Positions 23,417-37,664 of a stretch of DNA of 64,000 nt are shown in pieces. The stretch is from Rhina ancylostomus. Lineage: Eukaryota. The first letter of the stretch is position 1. Each line of letters begins with the position of its first letter. Location: the NCBI GenBank assembly GCA_030265395.1, contig JARFYF010000084.1, forward strand, positions 87,648,337-87,712,336, written 5' to 3'. The notes below the pieces were generated by a model. It did not search any database, was not told the origin of the DNA, and saw nothing but the letters and a program-made list of their open reading frames with translations. A program made the position numbers and the translations under genes.

Positions 23417-26400
23417 GTTGTTAATTATCTAATGATCCTTTTGAACAGGTGGCAATATCTGTTCAATTTGTGGTGTGGGTCCATGGCAGAAGGGTTGTAT
23501 ATCTTCAGGCTTTCTGTCTCAGATACATCCTTTAGGAGATTGCATATTGTTGTGAATGGTGCTTTGCTGTGGTTTATTTCTATTGCCAAATTTTAGTTCT
23601 CCACAAGGTGCAGTGGAGAATGTGGAGATAGTAGAATGAAGGAACATGGGAGGAGGTTTGTGTGGCTCAAAATCGTAACTGTAGACCTATTGGAATATTT
23701 GGTGCAGCAAATTTGATTTATTTCTCTGCAATCCACTTTTTAAAAACTTGCCTAGTTTTTTGAATCATTTACCATGTGACTAATTGGGTGGAATCTCTAT
23801 CAGTAAAGAACAACTGTTTTGGTGTAGGACTACAATTAATCTGTGTAGTTTAGTTTGATCTCAAATGTTAAAATGCTGTCTCCGTTTTGAAGGCGTGGTT
23901 TGAGGGTGAGAGTAGGGCACCAAATGTAAAGAGTTGAAGGAGGTGAAAAGCCATAGATTTAAAGTGACAATGAATTTTCACCAAATGCTGGTTGACCTTG
24001 AGATTTTGGCAACTGGGTATTTTAAAGATAAGAGTCGGTCAGACCATTAGTTATTCTTGGACTTGAAATGCAGTAGTCAGAAAGTTTGCATGGTGCTTAC
24101 ATGTGCAGTACTGAGATTTTTAGTCCCAAGTTTTTCCNNNNNNNNNNNNNNNNNNNNNNNNNNNNNNNNNNNNNNNNNNNNNNNNNNNNNNNNNNNNNNN
24201 NNNNNNNNNNNNNNNNNNNNNCCATGCAGAATTTCCCGAAGTGATTTCATATATTCTTTTGCTGTATGAAGGTGCAAGGGCCCTCTGTAATCTGTTGATC
24301 ATTGTGGGCTGCACATAAGTTCATTGTGACAGAGGAGAGGTGAGTGAACGTCCAGGGCATTCTGCATCCTTCAGTTTCCTTCCTCATAGACTACATTAGC
24401 CTATCTTGCAGCAATGGGGCTGAGAGCAATGAGGATTCTGGGCAGAGTCTCAGAGCTTTGAATTTTATGTTTAATATTTTTATTTGGGGCATATGGAATC
24501 TTGACTGGAATCAACTTAAAGAATGTCTGACAGGGCCGTTATCATTAGCAATCGATATATTGCAAGCTTTTTAAGACATTTTATTTGAAACATCTGAAAA
24601 ATTGTGTAAAAATAGAAGTCTAACAGGTATGAATTTTAAACATTGAGCGTCAGTCTAGATATTGGTATTCTTTGGAGCAGTTTGTGAACTTTTGGATGGA
24701 TTGCTGAAACTTCTGCTCATAATTAACCTGTTGACCATGCTCACTATTCATGGCTCATTATATCCATGTTTGTAAAGAGGTTTGCCTCACCTTGATGAAC
24801 AGCCTGAGCTGGTCACTCTCAGCCGTTTAGTGTTTAAATCAGATGACATGAGGAAGGACTATACTCATCAATTATATAAAATTCCTCAGCCATAATTTAA
24901 AGAGCTACTGTTCATGAAAAGGCATTCTCTATGCTTATTGAGGGAAGGGGAGAGATGGGTTAGAAAAGGGCCCCTTATTTTCATCACAATGGCATCACGG
25001 TGCATTGATGTTTTGATGTGATGATGTCATTGCATTCCATTTGTTCATGTGAAAAATGTTAGCTGATTCCTTTATCCTTTAGTGCAGAAAGACTCCTTTA
25101 TACATTTTTTGCCAAGAGTTTTTTTTAACCAGTTTACTTCCCATTTTAAGAACTGATAGCAAAAAAAAGCATTTGAGTTCTGGATGTGCTGTTTCTAGAT
25201 ATGCTTGTACCTTTTGAAATGTTTCTTACCTCAAAGTGTTGCTTCCTTATGTTTAAGATTCCCCCCAAAAATAGCTCTTACTTTTGCAATCTATCTGCTG
25301 AATGCCACAGTGGGAGATCTTATCCTGTCCTCTGTGTTTAGGACACAATTGATGAGAGCTCTTAAGAAGTTAGACACACAGCTTTGGCTGAGCTCTACAT
25401 AATACTTTACGTAAATTCTTCACCACTATTTATCCTAAGTTCCTGAATTCCTGGAAATCCATAGGAAAGTTACTGTTTTATTTTCTCTCTCATTTCTCCC
25501 CTCTCCCCCTCTGTCATCCTTGGTGAGTCTGGCATGAAATAACTGAATAAAGCAGTTCTCTAAACTATTGCTTGATCTCTGGTAACCATTACTCATGACT
25601 TTTTTTCTTCCTCCATGCTCTGAGGGATGAAAGTTATTCCAAATTAATTATTGACAGGCTTCTGGTTTTAATTGCCTGCAGATTTTATAAAGACAGAGCT
25701 GCATATTTTTCCTTTTTTTTTGGTTAGAGAATCAAAGCAAGCTGGGCTGGTTGATCAAATGCAATGTCAAATTTTGTATGGACAATCTTTCTAAAGGAAA
25801 GAGCTGCTTAAAGGAGTTACTGATCTAATTCAAAGGCCTCTCGGCACTCTGCTGTGGTTTTCCTCTCTTCCTGAAGCCATGGCTGTGGTTTGGGGCATAG
25901 TGGCACAGCCCTTAATACTTTAGTTGAATTTTAATGTACAATGGTGAAAGTTACATTGCTATTTAATAGTGGGGAGGGGAGCAGGAGGGGGTGGTGCTAG
26001 TCTGCTTGAAGGTCGAGGTGGATTGGTCTGAGCCTGATGCCGTCATTGCACACTAACACTCGCACTTGCCAGCCCCCGTGTTGAAGATAGGGGAAGAAAT
26101 GTGGCCAGTGCTTGCAGAACCTAATTTCAAATCCCAGAGCTGGTGCAAATCTTAAATGTCCTCTGATGATATTCTTTGATTGCTCCTGGAAGTCCTCTGA
26201 AATATAGAGGACTGATTTGGCTGTCTGCGATCCAGTGGGATAAGTGCTGCATATTAAAGCCACGCTCACGCTGGAACAAAACGCGGATTGCACACGAGCT
26301 TTTAATGGAAGACTTGAACTTCTAGACTTTGCCAAATCACTTGTAACTTGAAGCTTGGGACTTCTGCTAGACCGTGAATCAAGTTCCATATACCTGTGTA

Positions 26401-26524
26401 GGGGGGAGGGAGAATTTTGTGGCACAGAAGGAGTCCAGCTGTTACTTGTCCTCTCCAGCCAAAAATAAGCCAACTGGGCTAATTCTTCCATGACACATCT
26501 CAGTTCTTGGAAAGCTTGAGCACT

Positions 26525-26720
26525 CATTCTGATACATTTTTAATGTGATGAAGGTTTCCGTCTTTGCCATCTTATTAGGGAGTACCTCCTCCAGTCTTTG
26601 GGTGGAAAAAAAAGTTTACTCAACCTCCCTCTAATCCTTTTACCAATTAATCTAACTCTATGTCTTGTAGTCATTGATCATTCTGCTGAGAGATGTAATT
26701 CATTCTTTTCTATTTGCCTT
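26525..26720 (-). mobile_element. CR1 LINE 3' fragment, old
   Basis: CTTTGGGTGGAAAAAAAAGTTTACTCAACCTCCCTCTAATCCTTTTACC..CTCTATGTC is the antisense of the CR1 GH..RxNFFTQR region. Confidence 0.5.
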
Positions 26721-27798
26721 TCTTGGATGTTCATTTTTTTGTTCATGACCATCAAGCAGCATTCCTGATTACTATGTAGACCCCGCTGCTGGAACTGTTC
26801 AAGGCCACAGGAGAGAATAAGATTAGATTTAACTGTCATGCCCTCAGGTTGAGTGGTTTGCTGACCCTGTTTAAGCCTTCAACAAGAATAGCAGCAATTC
26901 AGTCACAGAATTGATGGTGTAGCCATAATTGTATAAGGAGGCAAGAGTTTTGCAGGAATGGGAAGAAAAAGTTAGCAAGGGGAAGACAGGATTTGATGAT
27001 TTATTTTTTTTGGAACATAGGTTAAACTCCAAAGACTACTCCATGCTTGGCAGTCTAACATTTTTCGTAACATTTTGGTATTTGTGGCTTTTGATAACTA
27101 CTACCAACTCTGCCAAAGTTGAACAGTCGTTTCAAAAGAATAAAGGCTTTCTCGATCCCTAGAGAAGAGAGCTTTCAAGATTCCTCAGGCAAATGAAAAC
27201 TGAAGGAATCCCTTTTCTGAAGGTCAGTTTCTATAGCGACTTATGTCATTTGAAATCAATCCACTGTCAATCCAATCTGCACAGTCTTTAGTTTTCACTT
27301 TTATCTGACTTTAAATGCTGTGTTCAAGCCGAACTCTTTGAGTTCTGTTATTACCTTAGGCAGTGGGTGTTGGCCACATGCCACAACCAGCCTGATCAAG
27401 CTGCTCCACTGTATATAGGAAAAGACACGGACTGGAGTGTGTTACAAGGCAGCAGCATATGGTGAGGGTTGAAATTATGTCAAATGGCAAGAACACAATT
27501 CAATGTTGCCACTTCAAAGACATTTAATATCCTTCACACAGCATTTCAGAAGTATAGGCTTTGCTCAAAGTTAAGAATCCAAGGGGAGATGTGATGTTGA
27601 ACAGTGCCTATTTTAAAGTTGTGTATTCTGTCCTTGCTCTTGGATCATTTTAATTTGAAACTATCTATAGTTGCAAAATATGGGCTTTCCCGGGGAAAAA
27701 AAAGAGCAGATCAGGACAAAATAAAAGTGCAATAGTGCTAACACTGGCAGTTGCACATACTCAGACTATTGGGTTCACAGTTAATTTTTATTTTTTTT

Positions 27799-27801
<3 letters not shown>

Positions 27802-27857
<56 letters not shown>
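27802..27857. repeat. (AC)28 microsatellite
   Basis: Perfect dinucleotide run read directly. Confidence 0.97.
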
Positions 27858-27859
<2 letters not shown>

Positions 27860-28564
27860 TATTAGATATTAGTTACTTAACTGTTAGTTTTGAATAAAAG
27901 CTCGTTCTTATATTCTGCGTTTCAAAGTGAAGACTGTCTTTAAACTGCAGAGATTGGTTGTAAAGGGTCAACTAACCCGTACATGAAGTGTACTTTGTTT
28001 GGAACTAGTAAATAACATATTTATAAACATAATTAGTAAAACATTGATTCTAATAGAACAGCTGTTCTTCAACATGACTCTTTGGATTGGCAATAAACCA
28101 GTTTTACAGTGGATCATGCATCCCATAATTGACCAATTTCTCTCCACACTTAACATTTTTAGAGTCTGCTGGTGTGTCAACATGCTTCTTTTGACTTTGG
28201 AAGCTTCTGGTGTACTGTATCACCTTTGCTCAATTAGTGTTGTTAATTTAATAGTTCACGTTGACAGAATTTGTTTTCCACATGCTTTCCTAAATAATAT
28301 TTAGCACATGGCAAATTTTGGTCATTTTTGATTTGGATCATTTTTGTTCTACAGTAGTAGCTGCTTTATCTTCCTTCTGCTTTACTGTGTATAGCTCCTC
28401 AATGTCCTCTCGAGGCATCTGCTCCTGCTGGCTGCGGACAATGAAGGGTCACTGCAACACACTGGAAAACGTACACCACTTCCCATCTCTTCGGAGCCAG
28501 CTTTGGCAAAGCAGTCAGTGACGATGGAACTTGCCACCACTCTAATGCACTCTTCCCGAGCCTC

Positions 28565-29520
28565 GTTCTTAAGGGATAGCCTGACTTGCTTCCATTCTAG
28601 CGCCCTAAGAACCCATTAAACCAATGAGGCCATTGTGGGAACCACAGAATCTTCTACACATAGGACAGCTGGATGGTTTGTGAGGCGGTGTGCTCCTTCT
28701 GCTGTTTGTGCAGGGCTCCTGATGCATGAACTCGAGATTCTCAATACCATCCCAAATGCTGCTCTTCCACTTCGAGCATTCGTTAAGCACACTCTTGAAT
28801 CCTTTACTTCTGTCTACCTGGTAATCTCTTCCCACAGCAGGAAGTTGGAATAGAATGCAGGCCATGTGAATAACATGATCTGCCCAACATTGTTGAATGA
28901 GTGGAACCAGGTCCTTAATGCGGAAGATGGGAGTGACATTGACCTTGGTTCACTTATCTCTCCAGTGAATTTGGAGGAGTTTGCGGAGATGGCATTGATG
29001 GTATTTTTCTGGTGCCTTGAGTTTCCTGCTGTAGGTAGTCCAGGTCTCAGAAGTGTAAAGGGGGACAGGATCACTGCTGCTCAAGTATACCATAACTTGC
29101 ATGCCAGGCCTCAAACACTATCTTCCTCAAATGACCAAAGGCTATGCTGATGTGTTGAAAATGGTAAATTTTATCGTTGAAGCCTGCCTTTGCCAAGAGG
29201 TGGCTCCCAAGCTTAAAGGAAGTGATTCAAGTTTTCCAGGGTATCACTGTGAACTTCATTGTAGGAGGGCAATATGGTGATGGGGAGTGGGCTAATATAG
29301 GACTTTCGTCTTGTGGATCATTGCTGGTGTTGAGCCCAATGTGGTCAATGCATAATAGGCATCGCAAGTCACAATGATCTTCTAATTGCAAACGGTTAAA
29401 ACTATGTGCACTTCCACTGCGAATGTTGAATTTAAATCACATGGAGCCTGAAGCATCAATTTTCCTTCACTAACCCTATTTACATGAACGTATCAACTTG
29501 CAGCTAATCTGCTGTTAAAT
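28565..29520 (-). mobile_element. RTE-clade LINE, decayed RT C-terminal half
   Basis: Minus strand gives YTSETWTTYSRKLKAPEKYHQCHLRKLLQIHWRDK and terminal CPMCRRFCGSHNGLIG, typical RTE ORF motifs. The tail resembles 21240-21283. The 5' limit is uncertain. Confidence 0.8.
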
Positions 29521-31139
29521 AACCTGTCATCCAATGTTTTTGCTGTAGTGTCAGTTGGGATCTTGTGGTGTGGTAACACAGATGAATACAAGCATCAGTT
29601 TAGCCACCAAGGCTATCAACCTCAGTTGTAGGATTTATCAGAACTAGTTTACGATCAATTCTATTTGAAAGAACCTAGTAGTTAACTGAAATGACCTTGG
29701 GAATGCTTAGGAATGTCGAGAGCATTATTGTTGTTGTGTTACTTTTGAATCAGACACCAAAATTGACTTGACAGTGGGGTTTGTGATTGGCCAGTGGCTG
29801 TTTAATTTATGTAAATTCCTTATCTTGAACTAATTTTGAAAATTTGCTTGTATCTGTTTAAAAAGATAAACAGTGCAAGTACTCTCAGTTGCAGACCAGA
29901 ATACACTAGTCAAGTAAATTGTGCATCTTCATGTCAAACTCCACAATAAATACCAAGAATCTTGCTACAAATAATCGATCACAACTGCTGGAACATTACC
30001 ACAATTTCTTTACGTGTACTTTTTTTTAAGAACGTTGATTGCAGAAGAAATCAGTAACCTCTAACTTGCATTTTATTTTACATTCAAGATTTTTGTTTTT
30101 TGTGAACATCAGATTTTAAAAAAATCCCAGAAGTTTGTGTTGTTCATCAGCTTGTACCTTTTCCAGAGCTCTGGACAATTTGTGAATGTTTTCTGCCCAA
30201 TGTTCAATGTAAATAGCCTGGGAGACAAACCAGCTACTCCAGTCCAGCTTACTCAATAAAACGGACCATGTTTGATTGTGTGCTTGTGAAGAGCCCTCTC
30301 AACATTGCAAATTACTGTGGTGAACTCAGAAGGTACCAAACAAATACACATTAGGTTTTGTCTCCTCTATGACAAAAATAAGTTTGTATTGAAATAGGCT
30401 CTTCAGCCCCTTAAGTCAACATTTTGTGGGACCTCCTTCCATCTTTGTTTAGCCTATTCTGTTAATATACACTTGTCTCGTGTATTTGCCCAGCTTTTCT
30501 TTAAATTTATCCTCAGTATTTGTCTCACTTGTGATGGTGAGTCTCACATTCTAACCATGCTGATTAGTTGCAACCCGAATATCAGCATGTTCTGGTCTCC
30601 CATGTCTGTGCATGGCAATGCACAAGTACTGAGTTATGTCTTACTTCCAGCTGTGACTGTGGACTTGTCACCAAGCAATGGTTCTGGATCACCCTGATCC
30701 AAGACACTGAACCTAATTTGTATCCTTCCCCTCAGTTTTGAATGGTGCATTAGTGTGGTGCCTTTCATTTGAATCGGCCTGCTGATCTACATTTGAAAAG
30801 TGAAACAAAGTAGTTAGTCCTTTTTATTTTAATTGCAAGTTTTTTTTAAGTTTTAGCTTTTTAGTTTCAATGTTTTACTCTATTGCATTTTAATGTCTCT
30901 GATCATTGGCATTTAGAAGCAGATGCAAAGGCATTGACAGCATGTGCTGTCAGATGGTCATTGTTGTGCTCTGGGCCAGGGACTTGAATCCTCATGCCCA
31001 TGGCTTGGTCACTACCTGGGACCTGCTCTGCCTGTTGGAATGGTCACTAATTACACATCTGGGGCACTGGATCCTCCTGCCAGGAAAGAGTATAACCACA
31101 GGGTGCGTGGAGGAGTTGTACACCCATCGAAACTGATTC

Positions 31140-31377
31140 TCCAATAAGATGGACTCTTGACCTCACAATCTACCTCATTATGGCGTTGCACCATTTTGTC
31201 TGCCTGCACTGTACTTTCTCGGTAACTGTAACACTTTATTCTGCATTCTGTTATTGTTTTCCCTTATACTACCTCAATGCACTGTTGTAATGAAATGATC
31301 TGTACGGATAGCATGCAAAACAAAGTTTTTCACTGTACCTCAGTACATGTGACAATAATAAACCAATTTACCAATTA
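31140..31377 (+). mobile_element. Rex1/Babar-type LINE 3' UTR
   Basis: Closely similar to 32123-32341 (ACCTCACAATCTACC..TTTTCACTGTACCTCAGTACATGTGACAATAATAAAC), which is attached to Rex-like coding sequence. Confidence 0.7.
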
Positions 31378-31379
31378 AA

Positions 31380-31595
31380 TTACCACTTCATCTTACATCC
31401 CCATCAACTCATGCCCTGGGCCCCAATTCTCCTGCCACCCACCTACACTAGAGATGCTACAGTAGCTTATTTACTTAGCAACCAGCATGTCTTTGGGATG
31501 TGGAGAGAAACCAGAGCACCCAGGAGAAATCCCTGCAGTCATAAGAAGAACTGGCAAACTCCACACAAGCAGCACCCAAGGTTAGGGTTGAACCA
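31380..31595 (-). mobile_element. HE1-like V-SINE fragment
   Basis: V-domain antisense GTCTTTGGGATGTGGAGAGAAACCAGAGCACCCAGGAGAAATCC..GCAAACTCCACACA, ending at a B-box-like TTGAACC. Confidence 0.72.
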
Positions 31596-32024
31596 TTGTT
31601 TTGCAGACTTCTATCTGACCACTGGTGAACCTCTATGAAGCGTTCCAGACAGTTGTGTGTTTCTTTATGAGTAATATCTCTGGGTCTGGGCATCAACCTT
31701 GTAAATCATTGTGCCATTCCCAGTGCTTCTATCCCTTTTGCTCTGGAGATCATACTGCATACGTAGTTTGTGTTGTGCAACAAATGCTTTAGAAGTTTAA
31801 TTTATCTTGGCTTTTCAATACCATTCCTCTAAATTAGTGTATTTTGTCTATTTGTGCTGTGACTTGAAATGAGTACATCAGAAGTCCTTTGTGTCCTTAA
31901 TTTTGTACTTGCAGGTTTTAAGTCTTGTATCTTGGAATCATTCTGGTTCTGGTCAGGCTTTGAGCTGAAACTTGCCAGTTTTTGTTAATTTTATAGATTA
32001 TCTTTTATATTGAACATCGACCCT

Positions 32025-32341
32025 GAGGAGCCTGAGGGCACATGCCACCAGGCTCAAGGACAGACTCTATCCCACTGTGATAAGANNNNNNNNNNNNNNN
32101 NNNNNNNNNNNNNNNNNNNNNNACCTCACAATCTACCTTGTTATGACCTTGCACCTTATTGTCCACCTGCAATGCACTTCCCTGTAGCTGTGACACTTTT
32201 TATTCTGTATTCTGTTATTGTTTTACTCTGTACTACCTCAGTGCACTGTGTAATAAATTGATCTGTATGATCGGTATGCAAGACAAGTTTTTCATTGTAC
32301 CTCAGTACAAGTGACAATAATAAACTAATACCAATGCCAAT
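32025..32341 (+). mobile_element. Rex1/Babar-type LINE 3' end
   Basis: Reads RSLRAHATRLKDRLYPTVIR (Rex1 RSLRTRTTRxxNSFxPxAIR), then a 3' UTR ending in short ACCAAT/GCCAAT repeats. Contains a gap. Confidence 0.75.
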
Positions 32342-33894
32342 GTTGTCAATTGTTTTTTACCCAAATAATGAATTTTCACAGAGCAGTCCTGAGTGTTTCA
32401 ATTGGTCAATCCCATGGAAATGGGTAGGATTGCTGGGTACAGTTATAATTAAAGCTGAAGGGCTTTACCGGACTTGGGAAGGAAAATCCTGTTGAGTTCA
32501 ATTTTACTAAATTGTGTAAGTGGTGACATTCAGTTTGTGCTCTGTTACCTTAATGAAGGAAAATTTTCTTGCACAAATTCAGTGTATTACTGCATGAGAT
32601 ATTTCTAGGAGAGGTGTGTGTGTGTGTGTATATATGGAATCACAGCACACCTGCTTAAAATGACGCTCACTGTGAAATGCCAGGCACACATTGTCATCAC
32701 TGTTGTCCCTTTCTCTATCGCTGTAACAATTTATATCCTTTATGGCATAAAATAAAAGCAAAATTCAATTATCCTTTTTTCAGTGTACAAACTTCAAAGG
32801 AAATGTAAGATCCTAAACACTCATCAGTGCTGCTCAGATAGCTAGACAGAATGCAGTCCCACATCAGCGTTCAATGTACAATATGCAAAGACATTTAGAG
32901 CGTTTATGGTAATGAGCAATGATTATTAATTGGTGCTTTTTGTGAATCATTCCATCCATCAAACATTTAACATCTGATTGCTCTGCTGTTCACATCATCT
33001 TCATGATTTGCCTTTTTTCTGTGAAGAAATACCGTGGAACATTTTCACCTTTACTGCCAAAGCTGCATGAAACAAATTAGGGGTTTACATTGCCCTGCCA
33101 AGCTACACATTAGTATTGAAGTTAGATGGTGAACTAGTGACAGTATTGCTGGCTAAATGTGCGAATGGTTAGGTTTCAATTTTTACCACCTTCGCAGTTG
33201 CTTTGTTGAGCAACTTGATCATCTGTCTTCTGCTCCATCTGTGCAGTTCTCTGATGCTAGCAATCAGTCACAAGCTCTTCCTGTCCTGTCCACAGGGCCT
33301 GAATGTTACTCTTGCCTCTCTGAAACCAACACATGCCATAGGCTTCTTGGATGGTCCAATGTAGTTATGATTGTACAGTTATAATTACTGCATAGCAATT
33401 TAAAGCCTTGACACATAATTTGGAGAATGGGAGTTCAGTTCCTCCCATTGTACTTCAAAACAAAACACAGATTATGAATTATCATTAAAGTGAATCAGCT
33501 AAGGAAAGAACCCCATTGCCTTATTGCAACACACAAAGCGTTCTGATGTGACCTAACACATGACTCGAAGCAATGATGCAAGAAGGCAGTCATCATTGCC
33601 CTTCCAATCAGGACAGGTCTTGCCAGCAAAATCCTCCTCCATCAATTGAATTTTTAAATTTTAAATTTACTGCTTCAACATACTGTTTGCTGAATTGTAT
33701 AGCATTTTGTTTGCTTTGTTATTGACTGTTCTTAAATGTTTGAAGACTTTGGTCACTGCGAACTAACACCTATGCAGCAATATCATCTGCACACTAGAAT
33801 ATTGCAGTGTGCAGGCCCATCAGAGTTGCACGTCTAGCAACATTTTGTTTTGGTGTAAATGTGCTATTGCTTATCTTTGGCTTGTAATGACTTA

Positions 33895-34205
33895 AATGAA
33901 GAGGCCATTTGGCCTGTTGAATCCATGACAGTTCACAGCAGAGCATTAGTCCCACTCCCCCTCCTTATCTTCCTATAGCCCTATAACTTTTGCCCTGTAC
34001 AAGCCTTTCAATTCCTTTTTGATTCTTTTTACACTAACCCACACCAGGGATAATTTACTGTGGCCATTTATGCTAACCAACATATCTTTGGGATGTGAGA
34101 GGAGATTAGGCACAGGGAGGAAACCCACATGATCTCACAGCATCCAAAGTCGGGATCAAACCCAGGTCACTGGACTGTGAGCCAACAGCACTAATTGCTG
34201 TGCCA
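33895..34205 (-). mobile_element. HE1-like V-SINE
   Basis: Antisense CR1-like tail (GAGGCCATTTGGCCTGTTGAATCCATG), V-domain (TCTTTGGGATGTGAGAGG..GGAAACCCAC) and tRNA head (GGGATCAAACCCAGGTCACTGGACTGTGAG). Confidence 0.7.
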
Positions 34206-37200
34206 GCACTTGTATGAGGAAAGATTTTTTTTGTTGGTGTGCTCACCTCTTGACTTCCACTACATAGCCCAGTAGGAGCTTAAGAAATGGGGGCGCAATG
34301 GACCTATGGCTAGTCTTTCAGTTTTCTGAAATGCTATCCTTATTTTTTTAATTACTGGTCTAATAATATGTCATTGATTCTGCTGGGATAACCTACGAGC
34401 TGTTGGTTAACTGTATGGCTGGGTCTAAGATTAGAAAGTGCACCCAGATTGAGTAAACATATCAAGTGGCTTGCTCCTGTGAGTTAGCTTGTTTAATTTT
34501 GCTTTGAATTTGGGGTTACTGGGAGTAATTCTGGCATTAGATAGAGATATAGAGGTATAGATAAAGTTCATCTGCTTTACAAAATTGACATGTATAACAC
34601 TAGAACATGAAGATCACCTTCCATCAATTGCAAGCCACTCTTGCGAGCCATCAGTGGTGAAAACATTACCTTCAACTTCTAGGATGTGGTTGTCACTGGA
34701 TTTCATGCAAACAATAGATGGAATGAAAGGCTTTATATCTCTCTCGAAATAGGTGCTTGGAGAATAATTCCACTACGTCTTCTGAGCTTGCTGGCTTATT
34801 CTGTTTCCTGTGTAGGGTCTTTTTGTTTGAATGCATTTTGCACACAGCCAGACTTAGAGGTAAAATTCTAAAACATGTAAAAACATTGCAGTTGAAATGA
34901 GAATGAAATGTCTCATTCCTGAGGTTGCAAAAGCAATTTAACAAATACCAGTATGATTATCATTAATTGTTTTTTAATCCAGCAATTCTGCACTCCTGTT
35001 AGAATGGATAAACTGGGTTTATGTGTACACTTCAAAATGATTTGTTATCAGTGCTGTGTTCTGGAGGGAATCTGGCTTTAAAGTAAAGCTTCTATTGTCA
35101 CAGTGCTGTAACTTGACTCCAGCCTCGGTCAAGAATTCCTGATTGTATCAGTCTGACATTTATAATTTCCCATTAACTGACAAATTTTTTTGAAAGTTTC
35201 TGGGCAATCACACAAATTTCAGTTTTGTTTCTGCCTTTTAAACATGTATAGCTCCATCACACCACTTGATTAAAATTCATGAGTTGACCTGAGAAGAATA
35301 AGCAGAGGAGGAAGTCCAGACACCACTGGACTTGCCTTGCTGCCACTTGAATTGCATCCCACTCTGTGGCAAACTCTGATCCTGCAGAACAGAACTCCAG
35401 GCCTGTTTATTGTTGGTTGGTCAAGGGTGAAGCAAGGTCTTCTGAGCAAGTATGAAGAGAATAGGTATTCATGAAGATTTGGTGCAAATGTGTGAAGAGC
35501 AGAACAAGAAACAGACACAGACACCAGATTGATTTTGGAGAGGTCATAAAGTTTTGAAGGACAGTTTTGGGGATTGTGCAGATTGACTAGATCTGTCATG
35601 ATCAATGCATGGCACCCTCTAGATAGGGGGTGGGAGGAGAAATATCAATGGTTCCAAAGAGGTTTTCATCTACGTTCTTAATTAATCTGTTTAGTGTCAA
35701 CCACATCCTGGAATAGCGATGCTATTCCTGGCAAGTCAGTGAGTGAGGTTGATTAAACTTCCAGTTTATTTTCTCAGCAGGGAAAGAAAGCCATAAACCA
35801 CACAATACATTCTTACAAATCATATTCCCTCTACCATGCTGGGGCTAGAATATTCCATCACTGTCAGGTGGAAGTGTACCAGTGAAATCCTCTTGAAGCA
35901 CGTTTCACCCTTGCCGATGCACTAATGAGATTTTCTAACCTTGCTCGAATGAGGCAGGTATATCTGGACTGGGCTCAAATCCAGTGTTCTGATTTATGAA
36001 AAGGGTAGCTAGGAATGTTATCTGCTTTTTATCAAGGTGTATGTCCATTGGTTGCACCAGCTTGGACCAGATTAAGAAAGCCAGTGCCAGGACTCATTAC
36101 TCTTGGGCAGAGCGACCATGGAGGTCCCAGGACAAATTATTCACATGTCCTCAAACTCCTGCTGACCCACCCAAGGTTAGTTAAAAATCCATTTCTGATG
36201 ATAAGAGTGGAGGTTATAGGCTCTGAGTCTTTGATCGACAGCTCCCTACAGTCTTCTTGCAGTTTTTTTTGTCTGAAGCAGAGCCAGAGGCCAGATCATT
36301 GCAGATAGTACCACCAGAGAATTCTCTGGACTGACTGATGAGGTGAACCTCTGATATTCTGCCGCCCCCCCCCCCCCCTTCACCTGACTATAGAGATAAA
36401 TCTACTGAACTCCTCTGATAAGATGATATTTAAATAAATGCTAATATTAAGTTTATACAATGAAGGTTAGGAAAGAGAGACTAGTGTTTAACAACCTTGC
36501 AACATCATAGGACCCCTCACAAATAAGTTAAATGCTTCTAAAGTGTCTTCCTAATAATAGTTAAAATTGATCTGATAACAAACCTGCAGTGAAGTAGGAT
36601 GATGAGAAAATTATCATTGACAACGCTTGAAATAGTAAAGTATCTGTGAAAGCTTGTGTTTTTTTTGTTGCAAAAAAGAAATGTACAAGTGAATTGATAT
36701 CTTAATAGATATCATAAAGAGCTTAAAGTTGTTCAGTTACCAAGTCTCCCTGTACTTAAAGTACTACTTTGGCCTTGAAACCCTTTGGAACCAGTGCAAC
36801 AGTAGAAAGTTTGTTTATAAATAAAAGTCCTAATTTGCTTTTTACTTTTAATTGCTTTATGATAAGGCAAGTTTTACTAATTGGAAAAGTTCTTAATTTT
36901 GAAATATCTTTGATGACTTGTATATATTTGTTTTACAGTTCTATTTTACAACCACAAAGTCCATAGTCATTTTTATTTAAAAATGTGAAACTTCATAATA
37001 ATTTGAGAATTACCTTCAAGTGTATTTCCCAGGATTGGAGGAACAAGATTATTTTATCTGCAGTTACAAGTTTTGTTGAGATTTCATGAATATCTACTGA
37101 GCAAAGTTTTGTGAACGAAAGCTTCATTTCATTTTAACATGTGCATTTGTTCTGCTAAATATGGTTTTGTGTGGATTTTGTTTTAGAATAGCTATAATTA

Positions 37201-37664
37201 TAATAAACTCTGTGCTCCCTTTATGGGATAATTCACCCACTTTGGAAGGAAGGCTGTGCATTAGTGGCACCAGAAAACGNNNNNNNNNNNNNNNNNNNNN
37301 NNNNNNNNNNNNNNNNNNNNNNNNNNNNNNNNNNNNNNNNNNNNNNNNNNNNNNNNNNNNNNNNNNNNNNNNNNNNNNNNNNNNNNNNNNNNNNNNNNNN
37401 NNNNNNNNNNNNNNNNNNNNNNNNNNNNNNNNNNNNNNNNNNNNNNNNNNNNNNNNNNCTCGCTTCATGGATATGTGTGAATTGAATTGTAGCTTCTTAA
37501 CACTGCAGCCAATGCATGTTTGAAATAAGTACTAAAGCACCAAAGTAGTGGTGCTGTTGATGGGTGGAGTTCATGTACATGCAATGGAAGAGGACTTGTG
37601 TGGATTACAAAGACGGGGACTGAATTTTTGGGCTGAATGCCTATTTTCTGCGCTGCATACTTTT

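Noticed and set aside
25997-26527. Longest ORF in the track (176 aa, minus strand)
   Set aside because: No recognisable domain, Ser/Leu-rich random-like composition, and the start abuts a CR1 remnant. Compatible with chance.
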